Assembly (NCBI GenBank): GCA_964350695.1
Contig: CAYGKM010000005.1
Location: 54,735-118,734 of the forward strand
Length of the DNA stretch: 64,000 nt
Reading direction: 5' to 3'
Origin: an uncultured Micavibrio sp.
GTDB lineage: Bacteria > Pseudomonadota > Alphaproteobacteria > Micavibrionales > Micavibrionaceae
Shown: piece after piece, positions 1 to 9,358 of the stretch
How the letters are laid out: every line of letters begins with the position of its first letter
Numbering within the stretch: the stretch's first letter is position 1
Translations under genes and position numbers: made by a program
Notes under the pieces: generated by a model
Seen by the model: only the letters and a program-made list of their open reading frames with translations
Database searches by the model: none
What the model was told of the DNA's origin: nothing

Positions 1-225
1 AGCGGTCTTGATCTGTCGCCTGAAGAGGTTTGGTATGTGGGGGATACCGATAATGATTTGGGTTGCGGGAACGATTTCGGGGCGGTGTGCGTTTTTATAG
101 AATCGCAGGATATGTATAACAATCTTTCAAAACGCTTTAAAATTGATGTACATGCGCAAAATTGTAAGGGTTTTCACGATTTATTGTTGCAATATAACCA
201 GAAAGCTCTAAAAACAAGACAATAA
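1..225 (+). CDS. HAD-superfamily hydrolase, C-terminal fragment (5' end outside window)
   Basis: Frame 1 is open from base 1. Translation SGLDLSPEEVWYVGDTDNDL... carries the HAD motif-IV-like GDTxND. Stop codon at 223-225. Confidence 0.6.
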   Translation, partial: SGLDLSPEEVWYVGDTDNDLGCGNDFGAVCVFIESQDMYNNLSKRFKIDVHAQNCKGFHDLLLQYNQKALKTRQ

Positions 226-276
226 GGGGTGTAAATCTCTATATATTAGAAGCTTTTAATACAGGACATAAATAAA

Positions 277-573
277 ATGGGTGAAAAAATCCAGAGTGTG
301 CAAGACGTGTTTCTGAACAAGATTCGCAAAGAAAAGATGTCTGTGACCGTGTTTTTGGTCAATGGGGTTAAGTTACAGGGGATTGTGACATGGTTTGATA
401 ATTTCAGCATGTTGCTTCGCCGCGAGTCTCACATACAGCTTGTTTATAAACACGCGATTTCAACAATCATGCCCGGCGGGCCTCTTAATCTTCATGATGA
501 TGAAGAAGAGCGTAAGGCGAATGCCGCCAAGCGTGCAGATGAGTCCGATGATGCGGATGATGACGAAGAGTAA
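277..573 (+). CDS. hfq: RNA chaperone Hfq with an acidic C-terminal tail
   Basis: Sm-like core [39 protein letters not shown]...VYKHAISTI is diagnostic of Hfq. Followed directly by hflX, the conserved pairing. Confidence 0.95.
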   Translation: MGEKIQSVQDVFLNKIRKEKMSVTVFLVNGVKLQGIVTWFDNFSMLLRRESHIQLVYKHAISTIMPGGPLNLHDDEEERKANAAKRADESDDADDDEE

Positions 574-583
574 TCTTCTTTAG

Positions 584-1879
584 ATGTTTTCAACGATAAA
601 AGAGCCTGATAAAGCGCTCGTTTTGCACCCTGAGGTTTCGGGGCATATAATTTCGCGTTCGTCTGAAATGGCGCTTGAGGAGATCGTCAGCCTTACGCGG
701 GCGATTGATCTCGATGTTGTGGGCGCGCGTATCTTCAATGTTTCTAAAATTCAGGCAGGGGCTTTCTTCGGCAAGGGCCAGCGCGAGATGGTTGCTGAGG
801 CCGTTGAAGATCTAGAGCCGGAGATTGTTATTGTCAATTTTTCGCTTTCACCTGTTCAGCAGCGCAACCTTGAAAAAGAATTTGGCGCGAAAGTTATTGA
901 CCGCACGGGATTGATCCTCGAGATTTTTGGCGCGCGTGCGCAGACGAAAGAGGGGCGCTTGCAGGTTGAGCTTGCGGCGCTTGGTTATCAACGCTCGCGG
1001 CTTGTTCGGTCTTGGACTCACCTTGAGCGGCAGCGTGGCGGTGCGGGCTTTATGGGCGGTCCGGGTGAGCGGCAGATCGAGCTTGACCGGCGGATGCTTT
1101 CCGAGCGCATGACGAAGCTTCGTAAGGAACTGGACGCGGTGAAGCGCACACGTACATTGGGGCAAAAGGCGCGAGCGAAAGTGCCTTTTCCGACGGTGGC
1201 TTTGGTGGGGTATACCAATGCGGGCAAATCCACGCTGTTTAACACGCTGACGGGGGCGAAGGTTTTTGCCAAGGATCTGTTGTTTGCGACGCTTGATAAT
1301 ACGCTGCGCAGGTTAGAGCTTCCGAACGGGCAGATGGTGATTTTATCCGACACTGTTGGGTTTATCTCTGATTTGCCGACGCATTTGGTGGCTGCGTTTC
1401 GAGCGACTTTGGAAGAGACTTTGGGCGCGGATATTATCTTGCATGTGTGCGATGTGTCGCAAGATGACTATCAGGAGCAACGCAAGGATGTGATTGCGAT
1501 TTTGCGCAGTCTGGACATCAAATATGATGAAGATGAACGGATTATCGAGGTTTATAATAAGATTGATATCGCAAAAGAAAGCCGCAGTAATGAATATGTG
1601 CGTAAAGCGAAGTTCGAGGATGATGTTGCGGCGATCTCGGCTGTTGGCGGGCAGGGGATTGATGAGCTGCTTGAAAAGATTATCGAGAAGCTCTCCAAGA
1701 CCCATGTGCTGACGCGTTTCAGTATCCCGCATAGTTATGGTCAAGCGTTGTCATGGCTTTATGACCATGGAGAGATTACGGAGCGTGAGGATCAGGAAAG
1801 GGCTGTTGTTGTTACAATGAGCATTTCTCCTGAAAATATTGCGATTTTCGAGGATCGGTTCGGGGTTAAGCCTTTATAG
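584..1879 (+). CDS. hflX: GTPase HflX
   Basis: HflX N-domain (LQVELAALGYQRSRL, RGGAGFMGGPGE) followed by a G-domain with Walker A GYTNAGKST, DTVGF and NKID. Lies immediately downstream of hfq. Confidence 0.95.
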   Translation: MFSTIKEPDKALVLHPEVSGHIISRSSEMALEEIVSLTRAIDLDVVGARIFNVSKIQAGAFFGKGQREMVAEAVEDLEPEIVIVNFSLSPVQQRNLEKEFGAKVIDRTGLILEIFGARAQTKEGRLQVELAALGYQRSRLVRSWTHLERQRGGAGFMGGPGERQIELDRRMLSERMTKLRKELDAVKRTRTLGQKARAKVPFPTVALVGYTNAGKSTLFNTLTGAKVFAKDLLFATLDNTLRRLELPNGQMVILSDTVGFISDLPTHLVAAFRATLEETLGADIILHVCDVSQDDYQEQRKDVIAILRSLDIKYDEDERIIEVYNKIDIAKESRSNEYVRKAKFEDDVAAISAVGGQGIDELLEKIIEKLSKTHVLTRFSIPHSYGQALSWLYDHGEITEREDQERAVVVTMSISPENIAIFEDRFGVKPL

Positions 1880-2696
1880 GTTTGCGCTCTTTGGTTTTTT
1901 GATCGCGCCAAGCGCCCTCCATTTGTTCTAAGGACGCATCTTTAAGGTGTACGTCTTTACTCTTGAGATCTTTTTCAAGGCCGCGGAAACGCCGCTCGAA
2001 TTTATCGTTACATTCACGCAGGGCGGTTTCCGGATTTATACCGTTCATGCGGCAAAGATTGGCGACAACGAATAAAATATCGCCTAATTCATCGGTTTTT
2101 TCTTCGATTGTGCCGTTATTATGGGCTTCGCGGAATTCTGATAGCTCTTCTTCCAGTTTATCAAGCACGAAACTGCTGTCTGGCCACTCAAAGCCGACTT
2201 TTGCGGCTTTTTTCTGGAGCTTTTGTGCGCGGAGGAGGGCGGGCAGTGCTTTTGTGACACCATCCAGGGCGCTATGCTTTGTCTTTTCTTTATCTTTTTG
2301 TGCGTCCCAGATTTTATCAACATCTTCGGCTGTGTTTACGCCTTTGTCTCCGAACACGTGCGGGTGGCGGGAGATCATTTTGTCTGACACATCATTGATG
2401 ACATCTTCGATGGTGAAGAGGTTTTCTTCGGAGGCCATTTGTGCGTGATAGATGGGCTGGAGGAGGAGGTCGCCGAGTTCTTCGCGAAGGTCTTTCATAT
2501 TGCCACGCTCAATCGCGTCTGCGACTTCATAGGCTTCTTCGATTGTGTAGGGGGCGATGGATTTAAAGTCTTGCTGCAAATCCCAAGGGCAGCCGCCATC
2601 GGGGTTGCGAAGAGCGGCCATGATTTTGATGAGTTTTTCGATGGGGTGGCGGAAATTATCTTTTTCTATCTCGATTTTTTCAGCCATTTTTTCCAT
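1866..2696 (-). CDS. mazG: Nucleoside triphosphate pyrophosphohydrolase MazG
   Basis: Tandem MazG domains: GCPWDLQQDFKSIAPYTIEEAYEVADAIE and EELGDLLLQ, then a second EELSEF...DELGDILFVV repeat. Its 3' end overlaps hflX convergently by 14 nt. Confidence 0.9.
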   Translation of the reverse strand: MEKMAEKIEIEKDNFRHPIEKLIKIMAALRNPDGGCPWDLQQDFKSIAPYTIEEAYEVADAIERGNMKDLREELGDLLLQPIYHAQMASEENLFTIEDVINDVSDKMISRHPHVFGDKGVNTAEDVDKIWDAQKDKEKTKHSALDGVTKALPALLRAQKLQKKAAKVGFEWPDSSFVLDKLEEELSEFREAHNNGTIEEKTDELGDILFVVANLCRMNGINPETALRECNDKFERRFRGLEKDLKSKDVHLKDASLEQMEGAWRDQKTKERKPIKA

Positions 2697-2699
2697 CTT

Positions 2700-3431
2700 T
2701 TAAAAGGTTAATTTCACCATAGCTTGGGGCGCGGATTCTGTTACGCCTTCAATGCCGTATTTGTTGTGCCAGTAACGCCATTCAATGCCAGCCTGCACTT
2801 TGCCTTCGGGTGCGAAGTTGAATGTATCACCAATATCGAGCAAAAGCTGGGGCTGGGTAAAGAAGTTTTTATCGCCTTCTTCATAATCGGCATAATCGAA
2901 ATAGCCATCAAAGGTTAATTTTTGGCCTGCGATTTCGAATGGATGGCTCCAGACCCATGTTGTTTGCCAGCCGGAGCCTGCGACGTCGGGGTTGTTGCGG
3001 CTGTACCAGTTTGTTTGGAAGAAGTTAAAGCCCGGGATGTTAAAATCTACGGCTCCGCCGATGAGATATGCATCAAAGCCGCGTGCGCGTTCTAATGTGC
3101 CTGAAACAAGCACGTCTCGCACGATTGCATCATCGGAGATTGGTTGGTTGAAGATTTTGCTTAAAGACAGGCGCGGAGAAAGTTCGTAGTTCCATTCGTC
3201 TTTCTGATCGAGCGGAACGTCGATATAGAAGAAATTATCACCGTATGTCCAACCGTTGGCGTGTTCGAGCGTGAACGTGCTTTGTGTGGGTTCGGTAAGT
3301 TCGAAGCCGTGACCATGAAGCAGTTGCACATTTGTGGACTGCCATTCAATGATTTCAGCTTTAGCGTGTGTGGATATAAGGAGGAGTGGCAAAGCTGCCA
3401 ATAATATTAAGCGCATGATTTTATCTTTCAA
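2700..3431 (-). CDS. Outer-membrane beta-barrel channel, Tsx/OmpK-like
   Basis: Signal peptide (LILLAALPLLLISTHAKA). Alternating aromatic/polar beta-strand pattern and a C-terminal ...MVKLTF. General resemblance to the nucleoside-specific channel Tsx/OmpK family. The family call is tentative. Confidence 0.5.
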   Translation of the reverse strand: MKDKIMRLILLAALPLLLISTHAKAEIIEWQSTNVQLLHGHGFELTEPTQSTFTLEHANGWTYGDNFFYIDVPLDQKDEWNYELSPRLSLSKIFNQPISDDAIVRDVLVSGTLERARGFDAYLIGGAVDFNIPGFNFFQTNWYSRNNPDVAGSGWQTTWVWSHPFEIAGQKLTFDGYFDYADYEEGDKNFFTQPQLLLDIGDTFNFAPEGKVQAGIEWRYWHNKYGIEGVTESAPQAMVKLTF

Positions 3432-3563
3432 TTTTTTTAATGTTGGGGCTTGTAAACAACTTGTGGGCGTTTGTAACGGGTCTTAAATGATCTGTAAAGA
3501 GGGTGCGTGATAATTGACGATAAAGATGTGATAATATATATTATGTAAATTAATATATGAGAT

Positions 3564-4412
3564 TTAGGAGGAGTGCTCTTTTTTATATGTGTTTAGGGTT
3601 TCCCATGTTCCTAAGTCTGCCCATTCACAATTCAGGCGCATCATATGGACGCTCTCAAGATTTTCCAGCAACGCTTTATCTATTGAGATGCTCTCCAGAT
3701 TTTCTGCGGCATTGATATCAATGCGGTTTAGGGATTGCTCTGCCGATGTCCACAGGCTTTGGGCTGCCGCATAGATACGCGGACAATGATCCTTGATTAG
3801 TTCCAGAGCGTCATCAGATTTCATCAGGAAGATACCCGAGTTCCAAAAATACTCACCGCTGTCCAGATAGCTTTGCGCTATATCAAGGTCCGGCTTTTCG
3901 GTAAAATCAAAGACTGCACCGTCTTTAACGCCGATATAACCGTATCCGGTGAATGGTGATGTGGGCTTGACGCCGAATAAGGTAATTGGATTATTATCAT
4001 TTCGCGCCATGAGGACGGTTTTTTGAAAGGCCAAAGTATCGCTTATGTAATGATCTGACGGGCAAATTAGGGCATACGCGCCCCGCTCTACTTCATTTAC
4101 ATATAACAAAGACAGTGTAATGGCTAAAGCCGTACCTGCGGCGGTTTTTTCGTAGAGAACGCAGGTGTTCTGGAGCTCCGGCGCGGCTGTTATGGTCTCT
4201 ATGAGCGGCTGATACTGCTTATTGGTTACGATGAGCGGTGGTTTGAAGACGGGGTTTTTGAAGCGCCCGAGCGTTGTTTGCAGCATGGATTGATTATCTT
4301 CGATGAGATCGAGGAATTGCTTAGGGCGCTGCGCACTTGAAAGCGGCGCCAAGCGCTTGCCTTCGCCGCCCGCAAGGATAACGGGGAGTATTGAATTTAT
4401 TTTGCCGTGCAT
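3564..4412 (-). CDS. Sugar-1-phosphate nucleotidyltransferase (mannose-1-phosphate guanylyltransferase-like N-domain only)
   Basis: N-terminal PVILAGGEGKRLAPLSS...PKQFL signature of ManC/CpsB-type nucleotidyltransferases. At 282 aa it lacks the C-terminal cupin/PMI domain. Confidence 0.7.
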   Translation of the reverse strand: MHGKINSILPVILAGGEGKRLAPLSSAQRPKQFLDLIEDNQSMLQTTLGRFKNPVFKPPLIVTNKQYQPLIETITAAPELQNTCVLYEKTAAGTALAITLSLLYVNEVERGAYALICPSDHYISDTLAFQKTVLMARNDNNPITLFGVKPTSPFTGYGYIGVKDGAVFDFTEKPDLDIAQSYLDSGEYFWNSGIFLMKSDDALELIKDHCPRIYAAAQSLWTSAEQSLNRIDINAAENLESISIDKALLENLESVHMMRLNCEWADLGTWETLNTYKKEHSS

Positions 4413-5194
4413 GTGAGTTTCATCCCATCAAAGGCGGGTTCATAGCCTGTGGGGAGTTCATTTGCAAGCGTTTGATAGTCCATGGACAGAGAAAGGCTGC
4501 TCAGGATGACGCGCTGCGCGCCGATTTTTTTGTTAAGCGCGTAGATGGTTGCGAGATTGGCGTGGACTTTGTTATTGTCTTGGTTGTAAGCCGCGGCATC
4601 GACAATCCATGTTTTAACACCTTTGAGAGATTTTATGGCTGTGTCGTCCAGTGTCAAAAAATCGAGGCTATAGGCGAAGTCCCCGAACCGGAATCCCACG
4701 GAACTGCAACTGCCGTGGTCCTGAACGAAGGGGATGAACTCTATGTCCCCTGCCCTCATTGTTTGGCCGTAATCTTTTGGTGAAAAGACTGTGGGGCTGA
4801 CTATTGGCGGGTAGAGATCAATCTTTCCGCCGCTGAACATATAATCAAAGCGTGGGGTGATGTCGTCGTAGGTTTCCTGATTCATATAGGCATCGACAAG
4901 TTTGCCTCCGCGAAAGCGAATAACGCGCAGCTCATCAATACCGTTCATATGATCGCTGTGGTGGTGGGTGTAAAGAACAGCGTCAATATGGTTGATATTT
5001 GCGTTGTTGAGCTGGTTTCTGAAATCCGGGCCGGTATCAATGACAAGGGTTGTTACGTCGCTTTGAACCGTGATTGAGGAGCGGCTTCTGCGGTTTTTGC
5101 GCTCGTTTGGGTCGCATGCGCCCCAGTAATTGCCGATGGCGGGGACGCCCGTTGAATTGCCGCAACCGAGTATGGTGATTTTTAGTTCGCGCAT
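4397..5194 (-). CDS. MBL-fold metallo-hydrolase (PhnP/RNase Z-like)
   Basis: The HHHSDH motif (HxHxDH) in YTHHHSDHMNGIDEL, and the N-terminal ILGCGNSTGVP pattern typical of PhnP-like beta-lactamase-fold enzymes. Confidence 0.75.
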   Translation of the reverse strand: MRELKITILGCGNSTGVPAIGNYWGACDPNERKNRRSRSSITVQSDVTTLVIDTGPDFRNQLNNANINHIDAVLYTHHHSDHMNGIDELRVIRFRGGKLVDAYMNQETYDDITPRFDYMFSGGKIDLYPPIVSPTVFSPKDYGQTMRAGDIEFIPFVQDHGSCSSVGFRFGDFAYSLDFLTLDDTAIKSLKGVKTWIVDAAAYNQDNNKVHANLATIYALNKKIGAQRVILSSLSLSMDYQTLANELPTGYEPAFDGMKLTCTAK

Positions 5195-5991
5195 CAGGGT
5201 TGCCCTTGCGCTCTATCAAACAGCGTGAAGAAGTTCTGCGTGGTTTGTGCGGCGAAGGTTTCAATTTCGGTTTCGCGTAGATTGGCCAGAAATTCTCCTG
5301 TGTGGTGTACATGTTTTGGATGATTTGTTTTCCCCCGATGCGGCACGGGTGCAAGGAACGGGGCGTCGGTTTCGACGAGGATTTTATCTTGCGGCGTATT
5401 TCTGGCGATATCTTGGATCTCTTTTGCGCTGTTGAATGTGACGATACCGGAAAAGGACAGGTAGAAGCCCAAATCAAGCGCGGCTTCAGCAAGGCCCGCG
5501 CCGGAGGAAAAGCAGTGCATGACGCCTTTAAGGGCTGTGTCTGCGCCCTCCTCCCTCAATATGGCGGCGATGTCTTCGTCGGCGTCTCTTGCGTGAACGA
5601 TGAGGGGGAGGCCCGTTTCGATGCAGGCGCGGATGTGTTTGCGGAAGGACTTGGCTTGGTCTGCGCGGTCGGCGTAGTCGTAATAGTAATCGAGGCCGCT
5701 CTCCCCTATTCCCACGATGTTGGAGTTTGAATTTGCAAGGTTTACCAACTCTTGTTGGGAGATTTTCAACTCATCGGGTTTGGAGGCATCATGCGGGTGC
5801 GTGCCGATGGAACACCAGATTTTGTCATGGCTTTCGGCAATTTCGAGGAGTTGCGGGAGTTCTTCGGAGATGCGGCAGCAAATTGTGACCATGCCGTCCA
5901 CGTTTTCGCTAAAGGCTTGCCGGGCGATGGTTTTTGGGTCTGCGCCGTCAAAGCGATTGTGGTTGAGGTGGCAGTGAGAGTCGATCCACAT
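5194..5991 (-). CDS. TatD-family metal-dependent hydrolase/DNase
   Basis: MWIDSHCHLN start, GESGLDYYY, VHARDADED and ETDAPFLAP motifs of the TatD family. Conserved position downstream of metG-holB-tmk. Confidence 0.9.
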   Translation of the reverse strand: MWIDSHCHLNHNRFDGADPKTIARQAFSENVDGMVTICCRISEELPQLLEIAESHDKIWCSIGTHPHDASKPDELKISQQELVNLANSNSNIVGIGESGLDYYYDYADRADQAKSFRKHIRACIETGLPLIVHARDADEDIAAILREEGADTALKGVMHCFSSGAGLAEAALDLGFYLSFSGIVTFNSAKEIQDIARNTPQDKILVETDAPFLAPVPHRGKTNHPKHVHHTGEFLANLRETEIETFAAQTTQNFFTLFDRAQGQP

Positions 5992-5992
5992 T

Positions 5993-7561
5993 TTATGCGG
6001 CCTCTTCCTCGACGATGATGCGCGGGAACACGCCCTCGGGTTGTTCGATTTGCGTGCCTGCGGTAGTTTCGATTTTATCGGTGATATGCGCGAAGTTACG
6101 TTCGCCTTCCGGGGTTTTGAGTTGATCGAGAAGCTTTGAGCAAGCCTCAGGCGTGACGGCGAGGGTCAAAATGCCGAGGCGGCGGATAACTTCAACAAGG
6201 ACAAAGAGCACGGTTTTCATGCGCTCCGGATCGGTTTTCTTGAGGGTCCACGGGGCTTGTGCGTCGATATATCCATTGGCGGCCATAACTACGCGCCATG
6301 TTTCTTCCAAAGCGCGGTGAACCTTAAATGCGCCCATGTCTTTTTGAATTTGCGTCAAGGCTTTGGTGGAAAGCTCGATAAGGGCTTTGTCTTCGGCGGT
6401 CATTTCATTGGGCGCAGGAATTTTCGCATCACAGTTTTTATAGATGATTGAAAGCGTACGCTGCGCCAGGTTGCCGAGACCATTGGCGAGGTCTGCGTTT
6501 ATGCGGGTTACGGCTTGTTCGGGCGAGAAGTTGCCGTCTTGGCCGTGCGGGATTTCACGCATCAGGAAATAGCGGATTTGGTCAAGGCCGAAGGTTTCAA
6601 CGAGGCCGTCAGGTGAAAGCACGTTGCCGATGGATTTTGACATTTTCTCGCCGTGTACGTTTATGAAGCCATGGGCGAAGACGGTTTCAGGCAAGGGCAA
6701 GTCTGCGGCCATGAGGAATGCGGGCCAGTATATACAATGGAAGCGCGTGATGTCTTTGCCGATCACGTGATATTGCGCGGGCCAGAATTTTTTGTATTGC
6801 TCGCTGTCTGTATCAGGGTAGCCGATGCCTGTGAGGTAGTTTGTTAGCGCGTCGAGCCAGACATACATGACGTGGTCTTCATCATCCGGCACAGGGATGC
6901 CCCATTTCAGGCGGTCTTTATGGCGGGAGACGGATAAATCCTTGAGGCCGCCTTCTTGTTTGACGAAAGAAATGATCTCGTTGCGCCGGCTTTGCGGTTC
7001 AATGAACTCAGGATGCGCCTCGTAATATTCAAGTAATTTCTCAGTATAATTCGATAACTTAAAGAAATAGCTGGACTCTTCGACCCATTTTACGGGTTTT
7101 CCATCGGCGGTGAATTTGTCGCCGTTTTCGGCTGTGCGGAGTTCGTCTTCGGTGAAATACGCTTCATCACCGACGGAGTACCAGCCTTCATATTTACCAA
7201 GCTCTATCTCGCCTTTGTCTTTAAGCGTTTTCCAGATGGCTTGAGAGGCACGGTAGTGGCGCTCTTCCGATGTGCGGATGAAATCATTGTTAGAAATATT
7301 AAGAGTTTTGGTCATTTCGCGGAAGGTTTCGGCGTTTTTATCCGAGAATTCTTTCGGGCTCATGCCATTGTCTTCTGCGGTTTTTGCGACTTTCTCGCCG
7401 TGTTCGTCTGTGCCTGTGAGGAAATAGACGTCGCGGCCATTTAAGCGCTGAAAGCGTGCCATCACATCGGTGAGTATAACCTCATAGGCGTGGCCCAGAT
7501 GCGGGACGCCGTTGACGTATGATATGGCGGTGGTGATATAAAAAGGTGTTTTATCGCTCAT
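5993..7561 (-). CDS. metG: Methionine--tRNA ligase
   Basis: Class I HIGH motif (PHLGHAYE) and KMSKS motif (GEKMSKSIGN). The 522-aa short form lacks the C-terminal tRNA-binding domain. Confidence 0.95.
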   Translation of the reverse strand: MSDKTPFYITTAISYVNGVPHLGHAYEVILTDVMARFQRLNGRDVYFLTGTDEHGEKVAKTAEDNGMSPKEFSDKNAETFREMTKTLNISNNDFIRTSEERHYRASQAIWKTLKDKGEIELGKYEGWYSVGDEAYFTEDELRTAENGDKFTADGKPVKWVEESSYFFKLSNYTEKLLEYYEAHPEFIEPQSRRNEIISFVKQEGGLKDLSVSRHKDRLKWGIPVPDDEDHVMYVWLDALTNYLTGIGYPDTDSEQYKKFWPAQYHVIGKDITRFHCIYWPAFLMAADLPLPETVFAHGFINVHGEKMSKSIGNVLSPDGLVETFGLDQIRYFLMREIPHGQDGNFSPEQAVTRINADLANGLGNLAQRTLSIIYKNCDAKIPAPNEMTAEDKALIELSTKALTQIQKDMGAFKVHRALEETWRVVMAANGYIDAQAPWTLKKTDPERMKTVLFVLVEVIRRLGILTLAVTPEACSKLLDQLKTPEGERNFAHITDKIETTAGTQIEQPEGVFPRIIVEEEAA

Positions 7562-7573
7562 GGTCTTCTCGCG

Positions 7574-8707
7574 TTAAGCCGCAAGAATTGAAAAGGCCTG
7601 TAGGACGGCTTGGCGTTTGTCCAGATTGGCGTGATCAACCTTGCGGAAGTGATCCTCTAGGTTTTCACAGATTTCCAGCAGTTTCGCAAGGGAAGATTGG
7701 CGCAGGATACTCTCAAAGGCAGGGCGATTGAGGATGGCGCTTTCCAGTGGAAGCCCTCTCGCCTTCGAATGCGTAAGCGAGCGGAAAATCCAAATGAGGA
7801 GTTCGGCAAAACTTTGATAGGTTTTTTCCTGTCCTATGCGGGCAAATTCCCCCGCAAGCACATGGAGGCCAGGGATGTCTTGTTTTGGCCAGTTTTCAAA
7901 GGCCATGAGGATGCGCGCGAGGGTATCGAGGCCGCCTTCTTCAATGTATTGCACGGTTTTGCCGATGCTGCCCTCGCTTAAGGTATAGAGCATTTCAAGC
8001 TGCTCTTGTTCGAGGGTATAACCGCCGATTTCTAGCGTACGCTCAAAGTCGGGTAATGCGGGGGGATTGAAGTGCAATACTTGTGTGCGTGAGCGGATGG
8101 TGGGGATGAGTGCGCCCAAGCGATGAGCAACAAGAACAATCATGGTTTGTTTTGGCGGTTCTTCAAGCACTTTAAGCAGGGCGTTTTGGGCGGCGCGGTT
8201 CATGGTGTCTGCGTCATCAATGATGATGATGCGCCAGCCGCCTTCCGAGGCGGTCATGTGCAGGAACGGCCCTGTTCTGCGGATATCCGCCACGGATATG
8301 GTGTTTTTTTCCGGTTCTATGGTGATCAGGTCGGGGTGGGCTTGGCCGTCTATCAGGCGAACGGTTTTATCTTGCGGATCTATGTCGAAGTTTTCGAGCG
8401 TGATTGGCGCATCATCGAACATGCTGTCTTGTTCGGAGCCGGTTTTCCCGTGCTTAAGGAGGAAGCGGGCAAGGCGATATGTGAAGGTGGCTTTGCCGAT
8501 CCCTTTAAGGCCCGCAAAGACAAGGCCGTGCGGGAGTTTTTCTTGTTTAAAAAGCTGGAGCAGGTGTTTTTCTATTTTATCGAAGCCTTTGCTCTCCATC
8601 ATATGGCGCGGCGGCTTGAAGCCTTGCTCTTCCAGAATGGGCGTGTCGAGGAAGCTGTCGTCTATGATTTCTTTTTCTTCTTGGGGGGCTTCGCCGAATA
8701 AATCCAT
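7574..8707 (-). CDS. holB: DNA polymerase III delta' subunit
   Basis: AAA+-like GLKGIGKATFTYRLARFLL, IIIIDDADTMN...AQNALLKVLEEPP and SRTQ motifs. Conserved tmk-holB-metG order. Confidence 0.8.
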   Translation of the reverse strand: MDLFGEAPQEEKEIIDDSFLDTPILEEQGFKPPRHMMESKGFDKIEKHLLQLFKQEKLPHGLVFAGLKGIGKATFTYRLARFLLKHGKTGSEQDSMFDDAPITLENFDIDPQDKTVRLIDGQAHPDLITIEPEKNTISVADIRRTGPFLHMTASEGGWRIIIIDDADTMNRAAQNALLKVLEEPPKQTMIVLVAHRLGALIPTIRSRTQVLHFNPPALPDFERTLEIGGYTLEQEQLEMLYTLSEGSIGKTVQYIEEGGLDTLARILMAFENWPKQDIPGLHVLAGEFARIGQEKTYQSFAELLIWIFRSLTHSKARGLPLESAILNRPAFESILRQSSLAKLLEICENLEDHFRKVDHANLDKRQAVLQAFSILAA

Positions 8708-9354
8708 CAGGCTATTCTCGCCAAGGTTAGATTTTTGATTTCATCGGCCAGTACGGGAAGCGGCCTGTCAGCATCAATCAGGACGCAGCGTTTATCTTCG
8801 CGCTCTGCGATATCAAGGAAGCCCTCGCGCAGGCGTTGATGGAAGGCCATATCGAGGTTTTCGAATTTATCTTCGCGCTGTTGCAGTTTCAGGTCTTCGG
8901 AGGCCATGCGGCGCCCCGCTCGTGTGAGGCCGATTTCGGGGTCTATATCGAGGATGAAAGTGAGATTAGGTTTGATGTGGCCGAGCGTGAGCAGGTTGAG
9001 CTGTTCAATCATGTGTAAATCCGCGCCGTGACCATAGCCTTGATAGGCGAGTGTGGAATCGGCAAAGCGATCGCAGATCACGATTTTGCCGTTTTCGAGT
9101 GCGGGGCGTATGACTTTTTCAACATGCATGACCCGCGCGGCATAGAGAAGCAGGGTTTCCGACACAGGTGTCCAGTTGCCGCCTTGTTTCTGGACGATGA
9201 GGTCGCGAATTTTTTCAGCCTCAGGTGTGCCGCCGGGTTCACGGGAGGTGATGACTTTGTGCCCGAGATCGGTCAATGACTTTGAAAGGCGGTTGATCTG
9301 CGTGGTTTTTCCGCTTCCTTCCCCGCCTTCAAAAGTAATGAAAAATCCGCGCAT
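8707..9354 (-). CDS. tmk: dTMP (thymidylate) kinase
   Basis: FITFEGGEGSGKTTQ P-loop, DRFADSTLAYQG and a LID region. Shares 1 nt with the holB start. Confidence 0.95.
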   Translation of the reverse strand: MRGFFITFEGGEGSGKTTQINRLSKSLTDLGHKVITSREPGGTPEAEKIRDLIVQKQGGNWTPVSETLLLYAARVMHVEKVIRPALENGKIVICDRFADSTLAYQGYGHGADLHMIEQLNLLTLGHIKPNLTFILDIDPEIGLTRAGRRMASEDLKLQQREDKFENLDMAFHQRLREGFLDIAEREDKRCVLIDADRPLPVLADEIKNLTLARIA

Positions 9355-9358
9355 CCCT

